DNA from: Somniosus microcephalus
Lineage: Eukaryota
Direction: 5' to 3'
Assembly (NCBI GenBank): GCA_052327205.1
Contig: CM126209.1
Coordinates: 61,194,001-61,258,000, forward strand
Length of the DNA stretch: 64,000 nucleotides
This document shows, one piece after another, positions 61,361-64,000 of the stretch. Each line of letters starts with the position of its first letter. Position 1 is the stretch's first letter. The position numbers and the translations under genes were made by a program. The notes beneath the pieces were generated by a model that saw only the letters and a program-made list of their open reading frames with translations, ran no database searches and had not been told where the DNA came from.

Positions 61361-64000
61361 AGAGTTACAGATACTAATGATATTCTGTACAGTATGAGAT
61401 ACAGATACTAATTGATATTCTGTTCAGTATGAATTACAGGTATTAATGATATTCTGTAGAGTGCGAGTTACAGATACTAATAGATATTCTGTACAGTACA
61501 AATTGCAGATACTAACTGATATACTGTACAGTATGAGCTACAGATACTAATTGTTATTCTGTACATCGCGAGTTACAGGTACTAATGGGTATTCTGTACA
61601 GTGCGAGTTAGAGATACAAATGGATATTCTGTACAGTGCGAGTTACAGATACTAATGGATATTCTGTACAGTGCGATTTACAGATACTAATGGATATTCT
61701 ATGCAATGCAATTTGCAGATACTAATCGTTATTCTGTACAGTACGAGTTACAGTTACTAATGGATATTATACAGAGTGAGTTACAGATACTAATGGATAT
61801 TCTGTACAGGGCGAGTTACAGATACTAATGGATATTCTCTACAGTATGAGTTACAGATACTGATGGATATTCTGTACAGGGCGAGTTACAGATACTAACG
61901 GATATTCTGTACTGTGCGAGGTACACATAATAATGGATATTCTGTACAGGTCGAGTTACAAATACTAATGGATATTCTACTCAGTGCGAGTTATAGATAA
62001 TAATGGGTATTCTGTACAGGGCGAGTTACAGATACTAATGGATATTCTGTACAGTACGAGTTACAGATACCAATAGATATTCTGTACAGGGCAAGTTACA
62101 GATATTAATTGTTATTCTGTACAATACGAGTTACAGATACTAATGGAGATTCTGTACAATGCGAGTTACAGATAGTAATGGATATTCTGTACAGGGCGAG
62201 TTACAGATACTAATGGATATTCTGTGCAATGCGAGTTACAGATACTAATGGATATTCTACACAGTGCAAGTAACAGATGCCAATGGATATTCTGTACAGT
62301 GTGAGTTACAGATACTAATGGATATTCTGTACAGTACGAGTTACAGATACTATTGGATATTCTGTACAGGGCGAGTTCCAGATACTAATGGATATTCTGT
62401 ACAGTGCATGTTACATATACTAATGGATATTCTACCCAGTGCGAGTTACAGAAAGTAATGGATATTCTGAACAGTGCGAGTTACAGATACTAATGGATAT
62501 TCTGTACAGTACGAGTTACAGATACTAATGGATATTCTGTACAGTGCGAGTTACATATGCTAATGGATATTCTGTACTGTGTGAGTTACAGACTTTAATG
62601 GATATTCTACACAGTGCAAGTTACACACACTAATGGATATTCTGTGCAGTGCGAGTTACTGTTACTGATGGATGTTCTGTACAGGCCGAGTTACAGATAC
62701 TGATGGATATTCTGTACAGTGCGAGTTACAGATACTAATGGATATTCTACACAGTGTGAGTTACAGATAATAATCGATATTCTGTACAGGGCGAGTTACA
62801 GATAATAATCGATATTCTGTACAGTGCTAGTTACAGATACTAATGGATATTCTGTACAGGGCAAATTACAGATACTAATGGATATTCTGTACAGTGCAAG
62901 TTACAGATACTGATGGATATTCTACACATTGCGAGTTACAGATAATAATCGATATTATGTACAGGGAAAGTTACAGATAATAATCGATATTCTGTACAGT
63001 GCAAGTTACAGATAATAATCGATATTCTGTACAGGGCGAGTTACAGATCCTAATGGATATTCTGTACAGTAAGATTTACAGGTACTAATGGATATTCGGT
63101 ACAGTGCAAGTTACAGATACTAATGGATATTATACACAGTGCTAGTTACAGATACTAATGGATATTCTCTACAATGCGAGCTACAGATACTAATGGATGT
63201 TCTACACATTGCGAGTTACAGATACTAATGGATATTGTACACAATGCGAGTTACAGTTACTAATGGATATTCTGTATAGGCCGAGTTACAGATACTAATG
63301 GATATTATACAAAGTGTGAATTACAGATACTAATGGTTATTCTGTACAGTGCGAGTTACAGATACTAATGGATATTCTGTACAGGCTGAGTTACAGGTAC
63401 TGATGGATAATCTGTACAGTGCGAGTTACAGTTGCTAGTGGATATTCTGTACAGTGTGACTTACAGTTACTAATGGATATTCTGTACAGTGCGAGTTACA
63501 GATACTAATGGATATTCTGTCCAGTGCAAGTTACAGATACTAATGGATATTCTGTACAGTGCAAGTTACAGATATTAATAGATATTCTGTACATGGCAAG
63601 TTACAGATACTAATGGATATTCTGTACAGTACGAGTTACAGATAGTAATGGATATTCTGTACATGGCGAGTTTCAGACACTAATGATATTCTGTACAGTA
63701 CGAGTTACCGATACCAATTGATATTCTCTACAGTACGAGGTACAGATGCTAATAAATATTTTGTACATTACAAGCTACAGATACTAATTTATATTCTGTA
63801 CAGTATGAGTTACAAATACTAATGATATTCTGTACAGTATGAGTTACAGCTACTAATGGATATTCTGTACAGGGCGAGTTACAGGTACTAATGGCTGTTC
63901 TGTACAGTGCGAGTTATAGATACTAATGTATGTTCTGTACAGTGCAAGTTACAGATACTAATGGATATTCTACACAGTGCGAGTTACAGATAACAGTGGA

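Larger units (their letters stand above)
49998..64000 (+). repeat. 35-bp tandem satellite, at least 14 kb, running past the window end
   Basis: Consensus GAGTTACAGATACTAATGGATATTCTGTACAGTGC; period 35 (GCGAG at 50101 and 50136); roughly 380 units. Confidence 0.99.

Noticed and set aside
50309-62458. Short repetitive ORFs (MRVTDTNGYSVQCELQILMDILYSASYRY)
   Set aside because: By-products of translating a 35-bp repeat; frequent stops and no splice structure.
49998-64000. CRISPR-like array of ~35-bp repeats
   Set aside because: Units are head-to-tail with no unique spacers, there are no cas genes, and the context is a spliced vertebrate locus.

Overview
Vertebrate genomic DNA, most likely a cartilaginous fish (shark), inferred from its CR1, L2, Deu-domain SINE and Penelope-type repeats. 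Two spliced + strand genes are present. KIF11 (Eg5/kinesin-5) has 20 coding exons from the P-loop exon (56) to the stop at 26605; its 5' exons lie upstream of the window. HHEX is complete: 4 exons, 37071-43027, 276 aa. KIF11 introns are rich in CR1, L2 and SINE fragments, whereas ~32.0-44.2 kb around HHEX shows no transposons I could recognise and carries clustered TF motifs. From ~49998 to the window end is a 35-bp tandem satellite with nested higher-order structure, including a near-identical ~6.45-kb duplication that carries a CR1 3' end. Items worth follow-up: minimal type I hammerhead ribozyme motifs in dispersed Penelope-type repeats, a decayed two-gene Harbinger transposon, a GC-rich Harbinger-type MITE with a CAG target duplication and an RFX X-box, a modular CR1 3' UTR, and a KIF11 motor-domain intron that appears absent in human. 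Exon coordinates were read by eye from splice sites; repeat boundaries are approximate; comparisons with human genes are from memory, not alignment.
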